Shown here piece by piece: positions 18,500 through 28,295 of a DNA stretch of 64,000 nucleotides; the stretch's first letter is position 1; each line of letters begins with the position of its first letter. The stretch spans positions 18,723-82,722 of the forward strand of contig JBHGBC010000007.1 of NCBI GenBank assembly GCA_041946805.1, read 5' to 3'. The notes beneath the pieces were generated by a model that worked only from the letters and a program-made list of their open reading frames with translations, was not told the origin of the DNA and searched no databases. The stretch is from a bacterium (GTDB taxonomy: Bacteria > Hinthialibacterota > Hinthialibacteria > Hinthialibacterales > Hinthialibacteraceae). Both the position numbers and the translations under genes were made by a program.

Positions 18500-20781
18500 C
18501 GCGAAATCCAAAGCCTCTCGATAAACTAGCATCCGTCCGGGGATTCAAGGGGGGATTGGAGACGCCTATCCAATTCTGCCCCGGGGTAGGTCCGCAGCGG
18601 GGGGCGATATTTGAAAGGCTGGGGATTTATACGATTCAGGATTTGTTTTGGCATCTTCCCCGGGGATACGAGGATTATCACAGCCGGACGCCGGTGCTAC
18701 GCCTGCGGGCGGGGGAATTGGCCACGGTGTCGGTGGAAGTGACCGCGGTGGAAGAACGGCTTCCCCGTCACGCCGGCAAGGTACGGCATATTCTGGAGGC
18801 GCGGGTCAGCGACCGGACCGCCGACATGATCGTAGTCTGGTTCAATCAGCCTTTTTTACGGGACAAGGTCAAGAGGGGAGTTCGGTTGCTGCTGCACGGC
18901 AAGGTCGAGTTATACAACTCGTTTTTGCAGATGTCTTCTCCAAAATACCAAATTTTGGACCGGGAGGAGCCGGAAACAGGGGAAAGCGGGATACTGCCTC
19001 TGTATCCCTTGAGTGAGGGATTGACGCAAGGCGTGGTGCGCAAGGTGATCCAAAAAGCCTTGGAGCGCTTCGGAGCGTATTGCGAGGAATTCCTCCCCCC
19101 GGAATGGCTGGAACGGCATGGGTATCCCGGCCGCAGGCGGGCGTTTTCCATCTTGCATTGTCCCAAACCAGGTGACGGCGCTCCCACCGATGTAAACGTA
19201 AGGCAGATGAATTTCCTGTGGGAAAGCGGAGAGGAAGAAGCGTTGCCGGTTCCCTGTTTGACCGGCGCGCCGGATTCCATCTGGGAAAAAGCCCGGCGGC
19301 GGCTGGTGTTCGAGGAATTCTGGCTGCACCAGTTGCTGACCCAGAAAAACCGGGCGGCGCGCCAACAACAACGGGGAATCGCGCATCCGTCACCCGATCC
19401 CAGCCCGTGGGGGGAAGACGCGGCCGCCGCGAATCCAAGCAATCCCCGGAGCTGGCCGGCGGTGTTTGTGAACCATCTGCCGTTCCGCCTGACGGAAGAC
19501 CAAATCCGGGTATGCCGGGAATTCGAGCAGGACATGAATTCCTCCCGGCCGATGAACCGGCTGTTGCAAGGGGACGTGGGATCGGGCAAGACGGTGGTAT
19601 CGCTGTATGCGATGGTGGTGGCGGCGGCCGGCGGTGCGCAGGCGGCGCTGATGGCTCCCACGGAATTGCTCGCCCAGCAGCATGCCAACACCGTCCGCAA
19701 ACTGACCGCCGGCCTGCCGGAATTGAAGACGGTTTTGCTGATCGGCAGCGATACTCCTTCGGAACGGCAGGCGCATCTGCAGGCGTTGGCGGATGGATCG
19801 GCGCGGATCGCGGTGGGCACGCACGCCCTGTTTCAGGAACAGGTGGAATTCGCCAACCTGGGCCTGGTGGTCGTGGACGAGCAGCACAAGTTCGGCGTGC
19901 AGCAGCGGCAGCGGTTGATCGAAAAGGGGACTCACCCCGACTTGCTGGTGGCCACGGCTACCCCGATTCCCCGCACCTTGTCGCTGACGATGTTCGGGGA
20001 CATGGATGTCTCGGTGATCCGCTCCCTCCCTCCTGGACGGCCGGCGGTGATCACCCGCTGGACGACCTGGGATAAGGAAACCAAGGTGTGGGAATTCGTG
20101 GAGGAGAAGATCGCGGCGGGCCAGCAGGCTTACGTGGTCTGCCCGATCATTGAACCGTCCGAGAACGTTCCCCATTTGCCTTCCACGGAAGAAGCATTCG
20201 AGAAATTGTCGCGAACCTTCTTGCCCCACCGGCGGGTTGAACTCCTGCATGGGCGGCATTCGGCGGAAACCAAGGCCGGCATAATGGCGCGCATGCAAGC
20301 GGGGGAGGTCGACGTCGTGGTGGCGACCACGGTCATCGAGGTGGGCGTCGATCTGCCTAACGCCACGATCATGGTGGTGCTGGGGGCGGACCGCTTCGGC
20401 CTGGCGCAATTGCATCAGCTCAGGGGACGAGTGGGACGGGGAACTCGGAAGTCCTACTGCATTCTGATCACGCCCGATACGATTTCGCCCTTCGCCCTGA
20501 AACGCATGCAGGCGATGGAAAAGACGCGGGACGGTTTCGTGATCGCCGAGGAAGATCTGCGGCTGCGCGGGCCGGGCGAATCGTTCGGAATCCGACAAAG
20601 CGGGCATCTCAAGTTCCGGCTGGCCGATCCGTTTCATGATTTGGATTTATTGCAGGAAGCGCATGAGGAGGCGAAGAAGCTGTATCAGGAAGATCCCAGC
20701 CTGTCGCTGGCCTCGAATCAGCGGATTCAAAAAGAGCTCGACAAGGCCGGCCATCATTTCGAGGGATTACGGCCTTCGTGA
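18496..20781 (+). CDS. recG: ATP-dependent DNA helicase RecG
   Basis: 'MNRLLQGDVGSGKT', 'DEQHKFGV', 'TATPIPRTL', 'QLHQLRGRVGRG', 'DLRLRGPGE'; OB-fold wedge domain; ATGA overlap with folB. Confidence 0.96.
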   Translation: MTRNPKPLDKLASVRGFKGGLETPIQFCPGVGPQRGAIFERLGIYTIQDLFWHLPRGYEDYHSRTPVLRLRAGELATVSVEVTAVEERLPRHAGKVRHILEARVSDRTADMIVVWFNQPFLRDKVKRGVRLLLHGKVELYNSFLQMSSPKYQILDREEPETGESGILPLYPLSEGLTQGVVRKVIQKALERFGAYCEEFLPPEWLERHGYPGRRRAFSILHCPKPGDGAPTDVNVRQMNFLWESGEEEALPVPCLTGAPDSIWEKARRRLVFEEFWLHQLLTQKNRAARQQQRGIAHPSPDPSPWGEDAAAANPSNPRSWPAVFVNHLPFRLTEDQIRVCREFEQDMNSSRPMNRLLQGDVGSGKTVVSLYAMVVAAAGGAQAALMAPTELLAQQHANTVRKLTAGLPELKTVLLIGSDTPSERQAHLQALADGSARIAVGTHALFQEQVEFANLGLVVVDEQHKFGVQQRQRLIEKGTHPDLLVATATPIPRTLSLTMFGDMDVSVIRSLPPGRPAVITRWTTWDKETKVWEFVEEKIAAGQQAYVVCPIIEPSENVPHLPSTEEAFEKLSRTFLPHRRVELLHGRHSAETKAGIMARMQAGEVDVVVATTVIEVGVDLPNATIMVVLGADRFGLAQLHQLRGRVGRGTRKSYCILITPDTISPFALKRMQAMEKTRDGFVIAEEDLRLRGPGESFGIRQSGHLKFRLADPFHDLDLLQEAHEEAKKLYQEDPSLSLASNQRIQKELDKAGHHFEGLRPS

Positions 20782-20851
20782 ATGGATTTGGAGGTGAAGC
20801 GGGTGTTGCAACCGGTTTCCATCCCCGAACGGAGCATGGTGGGGATTCAAG

Positions 20852-21820
20852 TCAACCGGCCAGATACTCCCGGATCAGCCGGATATTTCCGGGGGGCGTT
20901 TCCAAGGGCAGCGCGCCGGTGCCCATCAGGCAATTGGACCGGTTGCCGGTGATGCCAAGAATAAAATCGATCGCGCGGTAGATGCGTTCCGGTTCGCGGC
21001 AGGCCACGACGCCGGGATCCAGATTGACTCGGATTTGGACCGTGGGGCGGGCGCGTGTGGCGGCTTCGACAAACGCCTGCTGATTAGTTTCGACGTTGCA
21101 GACGACGTATCCGGTGCCGGTGGAAAGAATATCCTCGAGTATCGGATAGGTGTTGCCGCCCATGATGCAGGGCACGGGATGCCCGACGCATTCCGCCGCG
21201 ATTTCCAGGATGCGCCGGAGCGCGGGCAATTCCACCTGGTGGAACATCCGGGGAGACAGCATGGGGGGCGAGGCCGCCGATTCGAAAAACGCGAGGTCGA
21301 GGCCCGCGTCCGCCACGGCGCGGCACAGGACGGCCTGGTTCTCCGCGAGCCGCCGCAGGAAGGCCGCGGTGATCTCGGGGCGAACCGCGACGTCCTCACA
21401 CAATTGATTGATGCCGCGGAGATTGAAGGCGATCGAGAACGGGCCCGCCACGGGGATGCGCACATCGGCCTCGGGGAATTCCCGCTTCAGGCGTTGCCCC
21501 ACGCCGATGACCATCGCGATCCGCCCATCGCGCCGGGGATCGAAAGGCTTCAGCGCCAAGCCATCCTCCAGCGAGTCCAGCAGGGGCTTATGAATGGCGG
21601 GGATGCCGTTGGCGCCCGGCACCTGGATCGTGGCCCCGTACGCTTCGGCCTCGAGGTTGTAGATATCGATTCCCACGGCGATCATCTGGTGGCGGTATTC
21701 CAAGTACGCCGCGCGATGGCCGGCGAAGAGGAGTTCCGGATCGCGGGAGACTTCCCAGGGCGTGTGGCCCGTGAAACGGGCGGCGTGTTCGTAAATAACG
21801 GGCGTGAACGGAATCTTCAT
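20852..21820 (-). CDS. Uroporphyrinogen decarboxylase / MtaA-CmuA methyltransferase-like protein
   Basis: 'EAEAYGA', 'GPFSIA', 'SPPMLSPRMF', 'ALPLETPPGNI' are URO-D fold motifs. Confidence 0.75.
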   Translation of the reverse strand: MKIPFTPVIYEHAARFTGHTPWEVSRDPELLFAGHRAAYLEYRHQMIAVGIDIYNLEAEAYGATIQVPGANGIPAIHKPLLDSLEDGLALKPFDPRRDGRIAMVIGVGQRLKREFPEADVRIPVAGPFSIAFNLRGINQLCEDVAVRPEITAAFLRRLAENQAVLCRAVADAGLDLAFFESAASPPMLSPRMFHQVELPALRRILEIAAECVGHPVPCIMGGNTYPILEDILSTGTGYVVCNVETNQQAFVEAATRARPTVQIRVNLDPGVVACREPERIYRAIDFILGITGNRSNCLMGTGALPLETPPGNIRLIREYLAG

Positions 21821-21879
21821 GGTGATACCTCCCAGGGCGCCAGGGACGCCTTATTTTTCCCAGTTTTCTTTCCGTGTAC

Positions 21880-22090
21880 GGCTCATCCGGCCAGCGCGTA
21901 CTTTTTTTCAAGCATGCCCGGCCGCTTTTCAACCGGGCGGGCCGGGGGACGTAACCACCAAATCCCCTCACCCTCGGGGAGAGGGCCTGGGTGAGGGCCT
22001 ATTTGCAGGGGCGGACCTGGGTGTCCGTCCGAATCCTTGAGTGGATAGTCCGCCTACCTCATTAGCCGGTACGCGCTGGCCGGATGAACC
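21880..22090 (+). mobile_element. ~211-bp MITE-like element with 22-bp TIRs and internal REP hairpins
   Basis: GGCTCATCCGGCCAGCGCGTAC ... GTACGCGCTGGCCGGATGAACC (21/22 inverted match); REP at 21964-21997 and GGGGCGGACCTGGGTGTCCGTCC inside. Confidence 0.75.
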
Positions 22091-22245
22091 CCATGTCAGA
22101 ACCTACCCTATCATGTTTTTCACGGGGATGAAACGAGGGGGACGAAGGTCTGGCGGATGGCGGTTTGGATCGCCCTATCCCTTTCGCCCCGGCCGTGATT
22201 CATTGAGAGGTTGCGTGTCAATTCTTGAGATGCGGGAGAGACTTC

Positions 22246-23742
22246 ATGGATGCCTCCTTGGGATGGTTGGATAGCGGAATTCTGATCGTCTACGCGGTCT
22301 TGATGGTTGGGACAGGAATTTATTCGATGGGGAAAAGCCGCACGGCCGAACAGTTCATGGTCGCCGGGCGGTCCATTCCCGCGTGGGCCGCGGGATTGGC
22401 GATTTTCGGCGCGTACACCAGCAGCATTTCGTACATCGCCACGCCGGGCAAGGCCTTCGACACCAACTGGCACCCGTTCATCTTCTCGCTGACGATTTTT
22501 CCCGTGGCCTGGGTCTCGTGCCGGTACGTGATTCCCCACTACCGGAACTCCGGGCTCATATCCGTGTACGCTTTTTTGGAAGACCGCTTGGGTTCGTGGG
22601 CCCGGTTCTATTCCTCGTTTTCCTTCCTGCTGTACGAGACCAGCCGCACGGCCGTCATCCTGTACCTGGTGGGATTGCTGGTGAGCCATTACCTGCCGCT
22701 GAGCATCGGGACAATCATCATCCTGGTGGGATTCATCACCATCTTGTACACCCTGATGGGGGGCATGGAAGCGGTGGTGTGGACGGATGTGATTCAATCC
22801 CTGGTGATGATCGCCGGCATCGCCTTTTGCGCCTACATGCTGACCATGGCCGTGTTCGCCCCGCCCGCTTATTTGATCCAAACGGCCTGGGACCAACACA
22901 AATTCAGTCTGGGCAGTTGGGATTTGTCCTTGTCCCCGCGGGAGGGCTCCCGGACGGTCTGGGTGATGATCATCTATGGCGTGGTGGAAAATCTCCGCAG
23001 CCTGATCGCCGATCAGAATTACGTGCAAAAGTACGTTTCCGTGGCCACCGAGAAAGAAGCCCGGCGTTCGGTCTGGATCGGCATGCTGGTCTATGCGCCG
23101 CTCACGGTGGTCTTCCTGTACATCGGAACCGCCTTGTTCGCGTTTTATTCCCCCGGGGGACACCCCCTCCCGGACTCCGTCACCAAGGGCGACCAGGTTT
23201 TTCCGTATTTCATCGCCACCCAGGTGCCCATGGGGTTGAAAGGGCTGATCATCGCCGCGATCATGGCCGCCGCCATGAGCACGGTGTCTTCGTCGTTGAA
23301 TTGCGCCGCGACCGTTACCCTGATCGATTTTTGGCAAGTGTATGTCAATCCCCACATCAGCGAGAAACACAGTGTCCGGTTGCTGCGGTGGATGACATTG
23401 GTCTGGGGCGTTCTGGGCACGGGTTTCGCCTTGTTGATGATCAAGGCCGCCAGCGCGCTGGATGTCTGGTGGACGTTCGCGGGCATCTTCGGCGGAGGCA
23501 TGCTGGGCTTGTTCGTGCTGGCGTTGTTTGGAGTCCCGCTGCGTGCCTGGCAGGGAGTGACGATCATCGCCATCAGCATTTTCGTCATCATCTGGGGGAC
23601 TTTTTCCTCCAGTCTGCCGGCGTCCTGGCAATGGGCGGCGCTGTCGGTGGACGATATCCTGCTGGGCTCGATGGGTACCGCCGCCATGCTGGTCTTCGCG
23701 CTGCTGTTTGGATGGAGCAACCGGAAGAGCCACGGGCGATAG
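22246..23742 (+). CDS. Sodium:solute symporter (SSS) family transporter
   Basis: 'FMVAGRSIPAW', 'YTLMGGMEAVVWTDVIQ', 'DQNYVQKY', 'AAAMSTVSSSLN'; about 13 TM segments. Confidence 0.92.
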   Translation: MDASLGWLDSGILIVYAVLMVGTGIYSMGKSRTAEQFMVAGRSIPAWAAGLAIFGAYTSSISYIATPGKAFDTNWHPFIFSLTIFPVAWVSCRYVIPHYRNSGLISVYAFLEDRLGSWARFYSSFSFLLYETSRTAVILYLVGLLVSHYLPLSIGTIIILVGFITILYTLMGGMEAVVWTDVIQSLVMIAGIAFCAYMLTMAVFAPPAYLIQTAWDQHKFSLGSWDLSLSPREGSRTVWVMIIYGVVENLRSLIADQNYVQKYVSVATEKEARRSVWIGMLVYAPLTVVFLYIGTALFAFYSPGGHPLPDSVTKGDQVFPYFIATQVPMGLKGLIIAAIMAAAMSTVSSSLNCAATVTLIDFWQVYVNPHISEKHSVRLLRWMTLVWGVLGTGFALLMIKAASALDVWWTFAGIFGGGMLGLFVLALFGVPLRAWQGVTIIAISIFVIIWGTFSSSLPASWQWAALSVDDILLGSMGTAAMLVFALLFGWSNRKSHGR

Positions 23743-23833
23743 GGAAGCCGATGGATTACGCGCCGCGCGTCAATCCATCCACCCCACGGGACCGCCGCTT
23801 TCTCGAGGATGACATGAGGAGCACGAAATGGAC

Positions 23834-24598
23834 TTACATGCCCCGCTCTCGCAGTAATTCTTCCGCGCGGCGCAGGTCTTCCGGCGTGTCCACGGCAAAG
23901 CCGGTGAAGGTGGAATCCGCGACGGAGGTTTTCACCACCTTGATCTTATAGCCATGCTCCAAGACCCTCAGCTGCTCGAGTGATTCTTCCCGTTCCAAGG
24001 GGGTCGGACTCAGCGTGGCCAGGATCCGCAGGAAATCCCGGCGGTATCCGTAGATGCCGATATGGTCATAGATGGGAATTCCGGTATGCTGGCGGGGATA
24101 GGGAATCAGCGAACGGGAAAAGTAGAGCGCGTAGCCTTGCCGGTCCGTAACGGTCTTGACAATGGCCGGATTGGTGTAATCTTCCGGGCGCTCAATCCGG
24201 TAAATGGAGGTTCCCATGGGAACGGCGGGATCTGCGCGCAGCGCGTCGACGATTTCGTCGATCATGCCGGGATGGACGAACGGCATGTCCCCCTGGATGT
24301 TGATGACGAGTTCCGGGCGGATCCCCTCCTGCTGTTCCAGAATATCCACGGCCTCGGCGATCCGGTCGGTGCCCGATGGATGATCGGGCGAGGTCAAAAC
24401 CGCCTGGCCGCCGATCCTTTCGAGTTCCGCGGCGATCCGGGAATCGTCGGTGGCCACGTACAGCCAATCGAGGGTGCGGCAGCTAGAGGCTTGTTCATAC
24501 ACGCGTTGAATCAGGCTTTTTCCCGCGATGGAAGCCAACGGTTTGCCGGGCAACCGCGTGGATCCAAACCGGGATGGAATGACGCCCAGGACGGCCAT
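23834..24598 (-). CDS. kdsB: 3-deoxy-manno-octulosonate cytidylyltransferase
   Basis: 'IPSRFGSTRLPGKPL', 'SGTDRIAEA', 'NIQGD', 'ALYFSRSLIPY', 'HIGIYGY', 'ESLEQLRVLE'. Confidence 0.93.
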   Translation of the reverse strand: MAVLGVIPSRFGSTRLPGKPLASIAGKSLIQRVYEQASSCRTLDWLYVATDDSRIAAELERIGGQAVLTSPDHPSGTDRIAEAVDILEQQEGIRPELVINIQGDMPFVHPGMIDEIVDALRADPAVPMGTSIYRIERPEDYTNPAIVKTVTDRQGYALYFSRSLIPYPRQHTGIPIYDHIGIYGYRRDFLRILATLSPTPLEREESLEQLRVLEHGYKIKVVKTSVADSTFTGFAVDTPEDLRRAEELLRERGM

Positions 24599-24727
24599 GT
24601 TTTTTCCCCTTTCATGGGACCTCTGGATGAAATGGATCCGGTTCCGCTGTAAAATACAAAAGGGAACACGCCAGGGTAAGTTTGGATGAGGGATTTTTTC
24701 TATTATTTGGGATGAACACCCTTTTTT

Positions 24728-24777
24728 CGCCCTTTCGGGGCTGCCCTCACCCTGGCCCTCTCCCGGAGGGAGAGGGA
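24728..24777. repeat. REP-like palindrome with CGCCCTTTCGGGGC prefix
   Basis: Nearly the same composite as 2259-2308. Confidence 0.85.
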
Positions 24778-24897
24778 ATAGGAGGCCCGCCCATGGGGAG
24801 ACTGATCAACTGGTTTGGACAACAAGCGTGTACAGTGGATGAGGCCAATTTTCTTGGGTGATAGATCTGTCCAATTTCTTTTTAAAAGGAAAATTCC

Positions 24898-26091
24898 ATG
24901 AAACCGGAACGCAAACGAATCGAGGAATGGCGCGCGGCGCTTTCCCCGGAATGCCGCGGCCGGATCGATCAGGCCTGTGACATAATCTGCCGGACGAAGG
25001 AACGGGGCGGCAAAATCGCCGTGGTGACCGGTAGCGGGCCGAACGTGCATGAAGGCGTCACGACGCAGATCGCCGAACTGATGCGGGCGGGAATCGTCGA
25101 TGGGGTCACCACCAGCGCCGCGGTGGTGGCGCACGAAATGGGGGGCGTGCTGGACCGGGTGAAACGGGTGGACGGCCGCGCCTTGGGCATCGCGCCTGAC
25201 CTGCTGCCCCGGGGCGGATTGTTTGAGTTTTCGTTGATCGATAAGACACGGCTGGAAGTGGTCGCCGGCGATCTCCCCATCGATTGGGAACTGTGGAACC
25301 AAGGGGAGAAAGCCAGCGGCGCGGTGATCATCAAGGCCGCGGGCAACATGGGCTATCCCATGGGATTGTGGATCGAGCAGGCGGCGGAGCGCATTCTCCA
25401 TCTGGCCCGGGACCAGAATCAGCCATTCGAAAAAATCGCGGGAGACTATGCCGATGAACGCACCATGACCGGCCAGGGCGCGCGCCGCGGAGTGCCAATG
25501 TTGGTCACGATTCCCCAGTTGGTTGGCGGGGGGATGGTGGGATTGGCCATCGGCGACAGCATCCCCATTTCCCAGCGCGCCCGCCGGATCGCGGAACTGC
25601 TCGAATCGGCCGAGGTCATCATCGAATCCGCCGTGGTTTTGACCCAGGAGATCCACGACGGCCCCTATGAAACCTTTACCGGACACGGCATCTGGGCGGG
25701 CTGGCAAGGCCAATCCACCTACCGGCTGGAAAACAAGCAGCTGATCCGCATCGATCTGGATTCCGCCCTCGACCGCGCCTGGCGGTTCGAACGCGAATCG
25801 CGGACCGTACAGGAGGCGATCGACAAGGGACTTCCAAAAACCAAACTCATGGATATTCCGTTTCGCATGGAAATGTCGGGATTCGCCCGGCTGGAAGGCA
25901 GTTTGCCCATCATCGCCGACATCGGTGTGGTGTGGCCCATTCTCGCGGCGGGCCTGGAGGAACGGCTGGGGATCGAGTTGGACTTTATTTCCGCCCCGCA
26001 ACAGACGCCGGAAGGCCAGCGCATGCGCGCATGGATCGCGGACGAAATCCAGCCGATCCAGCCGGTGCGGGAGAGAACGCTTACCGGATGA
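24898..26091 (+). CDS. Deoxyhypusine-synthase-like (DHS-fold NAD-binding) hypothetical protein
   Basis: 'HEGVTTQIAELMRAGIVDGVTTSAAVVAHE' and 'TMTGQGARRGVPMLV' resemble DHS/homospermidine synthase segments. Confidence 0.5.
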   Translation: MKPERKRIEEWRAALSPECRGRIDQACDIICRTKERGGKIAVVTGSGPNVHEGVTTQIAELMRAGIVDGVTTSAAVVAHEMGGVLDRVKRVDGRALGIAPDLLPRGGLFEFSLIDKTRLEVVAGDLPIDWELWNQGEKASGAVIIKAAGNMGYPMGLWIEQAAERILHLARDQNQPFEKIAGDYADERTMTGQGARRGVPMLVTIPQLVGGGMVGLAIGDSIPISQRARRIAELLESAEVIIESAVVLTQEIHDGPYETFTGHGIWAGWQGQSTYRLENKQLIRIDLDSALDRAWRFERESRTVQEAIDKGLPKTKLMDIPFRMEMSGFARLEGSLPIIADIGVVWPILAAGLEERLGIELDFISAPQQTPEGQRMRAWIADEIQPIQPVRERTLTG

Positions 26092-26159
26092 TCCATTATT
26101 CTTCTGAAAAATACGATCGGTAATCATCCGAATTGACTGGCCAAATTTTTCACCTGATC

Positions 26160-26191
26160 CCCTGTCCTCCGGGAGAGGGTTCGGGTGAGGG
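26160..26191. repeat. Degenerate REP-like palindrome
   Basis: CCCCTGTCCTCCGGGAGAGGGTTCGGGTGAGGG between convergent genes. Confidence 0.7.
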
Positions 26192-26307
26192 AGGTCCTTG
26201 CTTGGGCGTCCCTCACCCGGCTGCTCCCTGATGGGGGGGAGAAGAAAAACAAACTGGCGAGGCATCGGTGTTTCCAAGGAAAATTGGCTAGGGACTGGAA
26301 TCCAGGC

Positions 26308-26655
26308 TTAGCTGGATGACTGGGCTTCGGGCGGCTCGTGTTTCGGCTTCTGAAGTTCCATCATGCGCGACCACACCCAGGTACAGGCTTGGTGATATTC
26401 CTCCTTGCCGGGTGGAATCGAATTCTTGAAGTTCGTGTAATCCATGGTTTGGACATAATCCGCGAGCCATTTTTCCACTTCCGCCACTGGAAGGAACGCG
26501 CGGAAGCGGTAATCGGCTTCAGGGTCCTGAAAAACCTCCGCGTCCGGAAAAGCGGATTCGATATCCCCTTGGCAACGGGCGCGGACCAAGCGGCGCTCCG
26601 GATGGTTCCGGTCTTTCACGATCGAGAGAAAAGCCTGGCTGGTGAAGATCCACAT
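26308..26655 (-). CDS. Conserved hypothetical protein (MWIFT..LSIV..LVRAR..DY.FRA..DY.NFK type)
   Basis: 115 aa, GGAGAAG RBS, 24 nt downstream of the HIRAN-ARPP-1 gene; the motif pattern is recalled from phage/island proteins and not verified. Confidence 0.75.
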   Translation of the reverse strand: MWIFTSQAFLSIVKDRNHPERRLVRARCQGDIESAFPDAEVFQDPEADYRFRAFLPVAEVEKWLADYVQTMDYTNFKNSIPPGKEEYHQACTWVWSRMMELQKPKHEPPEAQSSS

Positions 26656-26679
26656 GTATCTCTTCCTCCGCGCGATGAT

Positions 26680-28170
26680 TTACGATTCCACCGGGAACGC
26701 CGCGAGATGGCAGAGGGAATCCTCGAACCACACGCCGGTCCCGTAGAGGGAGGATTCCCGCACCATCAGTTCGTTGCCCAATCCGATGGACGGATCGCAC
26801 AGATTGACCGATAGGCTGAGCCGGACGAGGAAATCGCGGGCTGCCTGGGGATCGGTTTTCGGCAGGCGGCGGGGATCGAAAGCCGCCTGGGTGAAGTACG
26901 ATCCGGCCAGCTGGTCCCAGCAATCCTTGAAAACGCCGGGATCATGGAAGAAATCCAGGCCGATGATGGCATCCCCGCTGCCCACGAGGACCCCCGCCGC
27001 GTTGTCCGGCAGTACCAATTTTTCCCGGAAGGATTGTGTCTTTTCCTCCGATTGCTGGTAGCCGTCGGTGACCGAGGAGGTGGGGGAGCAGGCGTGCAAC
27101 TCATGCAGGTGCAGATCCACCTCTTCCCAGACCTCGCCCTGATCGCTCATGGCCATCCCGGTGGAGGCCCGGCATTCCTGGACACTGCGCATTTTCTTGC
27201 CGCGCAGCCGGGGGTGGGCGTAATACGCGGATTGGAAGCGGCGGGACGAATACCGCCAGCGCCCCCGCTCCACGCAACTGACGGGGATGCGCAGCGACTG
27301 CTTCGCGGCGACCAGGATCGACACGTTGACCACCCGGTTCTGCTTGGCCCCCACCAGAATTTCCCCCTCGGGGACCAGGAGGGGTTTGGAACCGAGGTTG
27401 TGGACCGTCAGTTCCTGCACCCGGCCTTCTTCGGACACTTCCTCGATCTGCGCCTCGCCGGTTTCCAGGGCCTTGCGCAGCAGGACGAAGGGGGCCTGCG
27501 AGCCGTTGAGCGGATACAGCGGGAACAGGGTGAGGTTTTGGTGATGGATGGCATCGCCCATTTTCAAGCCGCCGATTTTTTCGCGGATCGTGTCCAGCAG
27601 CGAGTAGGTCCGCGAGTGTTTCAGGGCTTCCGCCTTGGCGGGAAAGAGGGCGAGAAGCAGGTGCGTTTCGGGAGCCACGCCGCGCGCCGCGGTTTTCTCC
27701 AGCCGTTTGGACAGACCCCAGATCACGTCCGGATTTTTGTAGGTGTCCAGTTTGACGAACACCTCGCGGATGGTCTCATGCAGCGCCTCGACGTCGGTGG
27801 CGGGATTTTCGATGGGCGCCAGGATCGAAAAACCGTGCCGCGTCAGGAACACCTTGAGTTCCGCGGGAAAGCCCTCGTGCCGGCGGAAGGGATTCGGATT
27901 CCACGAGGCGGGAACCCGGGCCTCGAGCCAGACCGCTCCCCGGTCGATCAAGGGCGCAAGCCACCGCGTCATCTCGCGGGAAAGATAACCGACCCGCGCG
28001 AAATCCGGATTCTTCACCAGAATCGCGTTGGAGTCGTGCGGATTGTAGATGTCCCGCTCCAGATGCAATTCGTCCCCGGGACGGACTTCGCCCGCCACGT
28101 ATTGGCACCCGGTCAGCCTTGTCTGAATCTCACCCAGATACTTTTCTTGTACATCGCCGATGGGGGTCAT
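26680..28170 (-). CDS. HIRAN domain + ARPP-1 (DUF6569) fusion protein
   Basis: N-terminal 'GCQY..LHLERDIYNPHDSNAILV..VGYLSR..LAPLID' (HIRAN); C-terminal 'VHNLGSKPLLVPEGEILVGAKQNRVVN..IPVSCVERGRW..DQGEVW' (DUF6569/ARPP-1); GGGAG RBS before ATG 28170. Confidence 0.8.
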   Translation of the reverse strand: MTPIGDVQEKYLGEIQTRLTGCQYVAGEVRPGDELHLERDIYNPHDSNAILVKNPDFARVGYLSREMTRWLAPLIDRGAVWLEARVPASWNPNPFRRHEGFPAELKVFLTRHGFSILAPIENPATDVEALHETIREVFVKLDTYKNPDVIWGLSKRLEKTAARGVAPETHLLLALFPAKAEALKHSRTYSLLDTIREKIGGLKMGDAIHHQNLTLFPLYPLNGSQAPFVLLRKALETGEAQIEEVSEEGRVQELTVHNLGSKPLLVPEGEILVGAKQNRVVNVSILVAAKQSLRIPVSCVERGRWRYSSRRFQSAYYAHPRLRGKKMRSVQECRASTGMAMSDQGEVWEEVDLHLHELHACSPTSSVTDGYQQSEEKTQSFREKLVLPDNAAGVLVGSGDAIIGLDFFHDPGVFKDCWDQLAGSYFTQAAFDPRRLPKTDPQAARDFLVRLSLSVNLCDPSIGLGNELMVRESSLYGTGVWFEDSLCHLAAFPVES

Positions 28171-28279
28171 GATCGTTCTCCCTGTCTGGACAGTATGGAC
28201 CAGCCTCAATTCCAAGCCTGCCATGCCCGGTTCCTTGGAAATCCCATGAAGAGGATGTCTTCTTGGGATTCCCCTTGAA

Positions 28280-28295
28280 TACAAGAACGATGCCA
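28280..28295 (-). promoter_or_regulatory. Candidate sigma-54 promoter for the HIRAN-ARPP-1 operon
   Basis: Minus strand TGGCATCGTTCTTGTA (GG-N10-GT; the -12 C is replaced by T); shares CCTGGCATCG with the fliK promoter. Confidence 0.6.
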
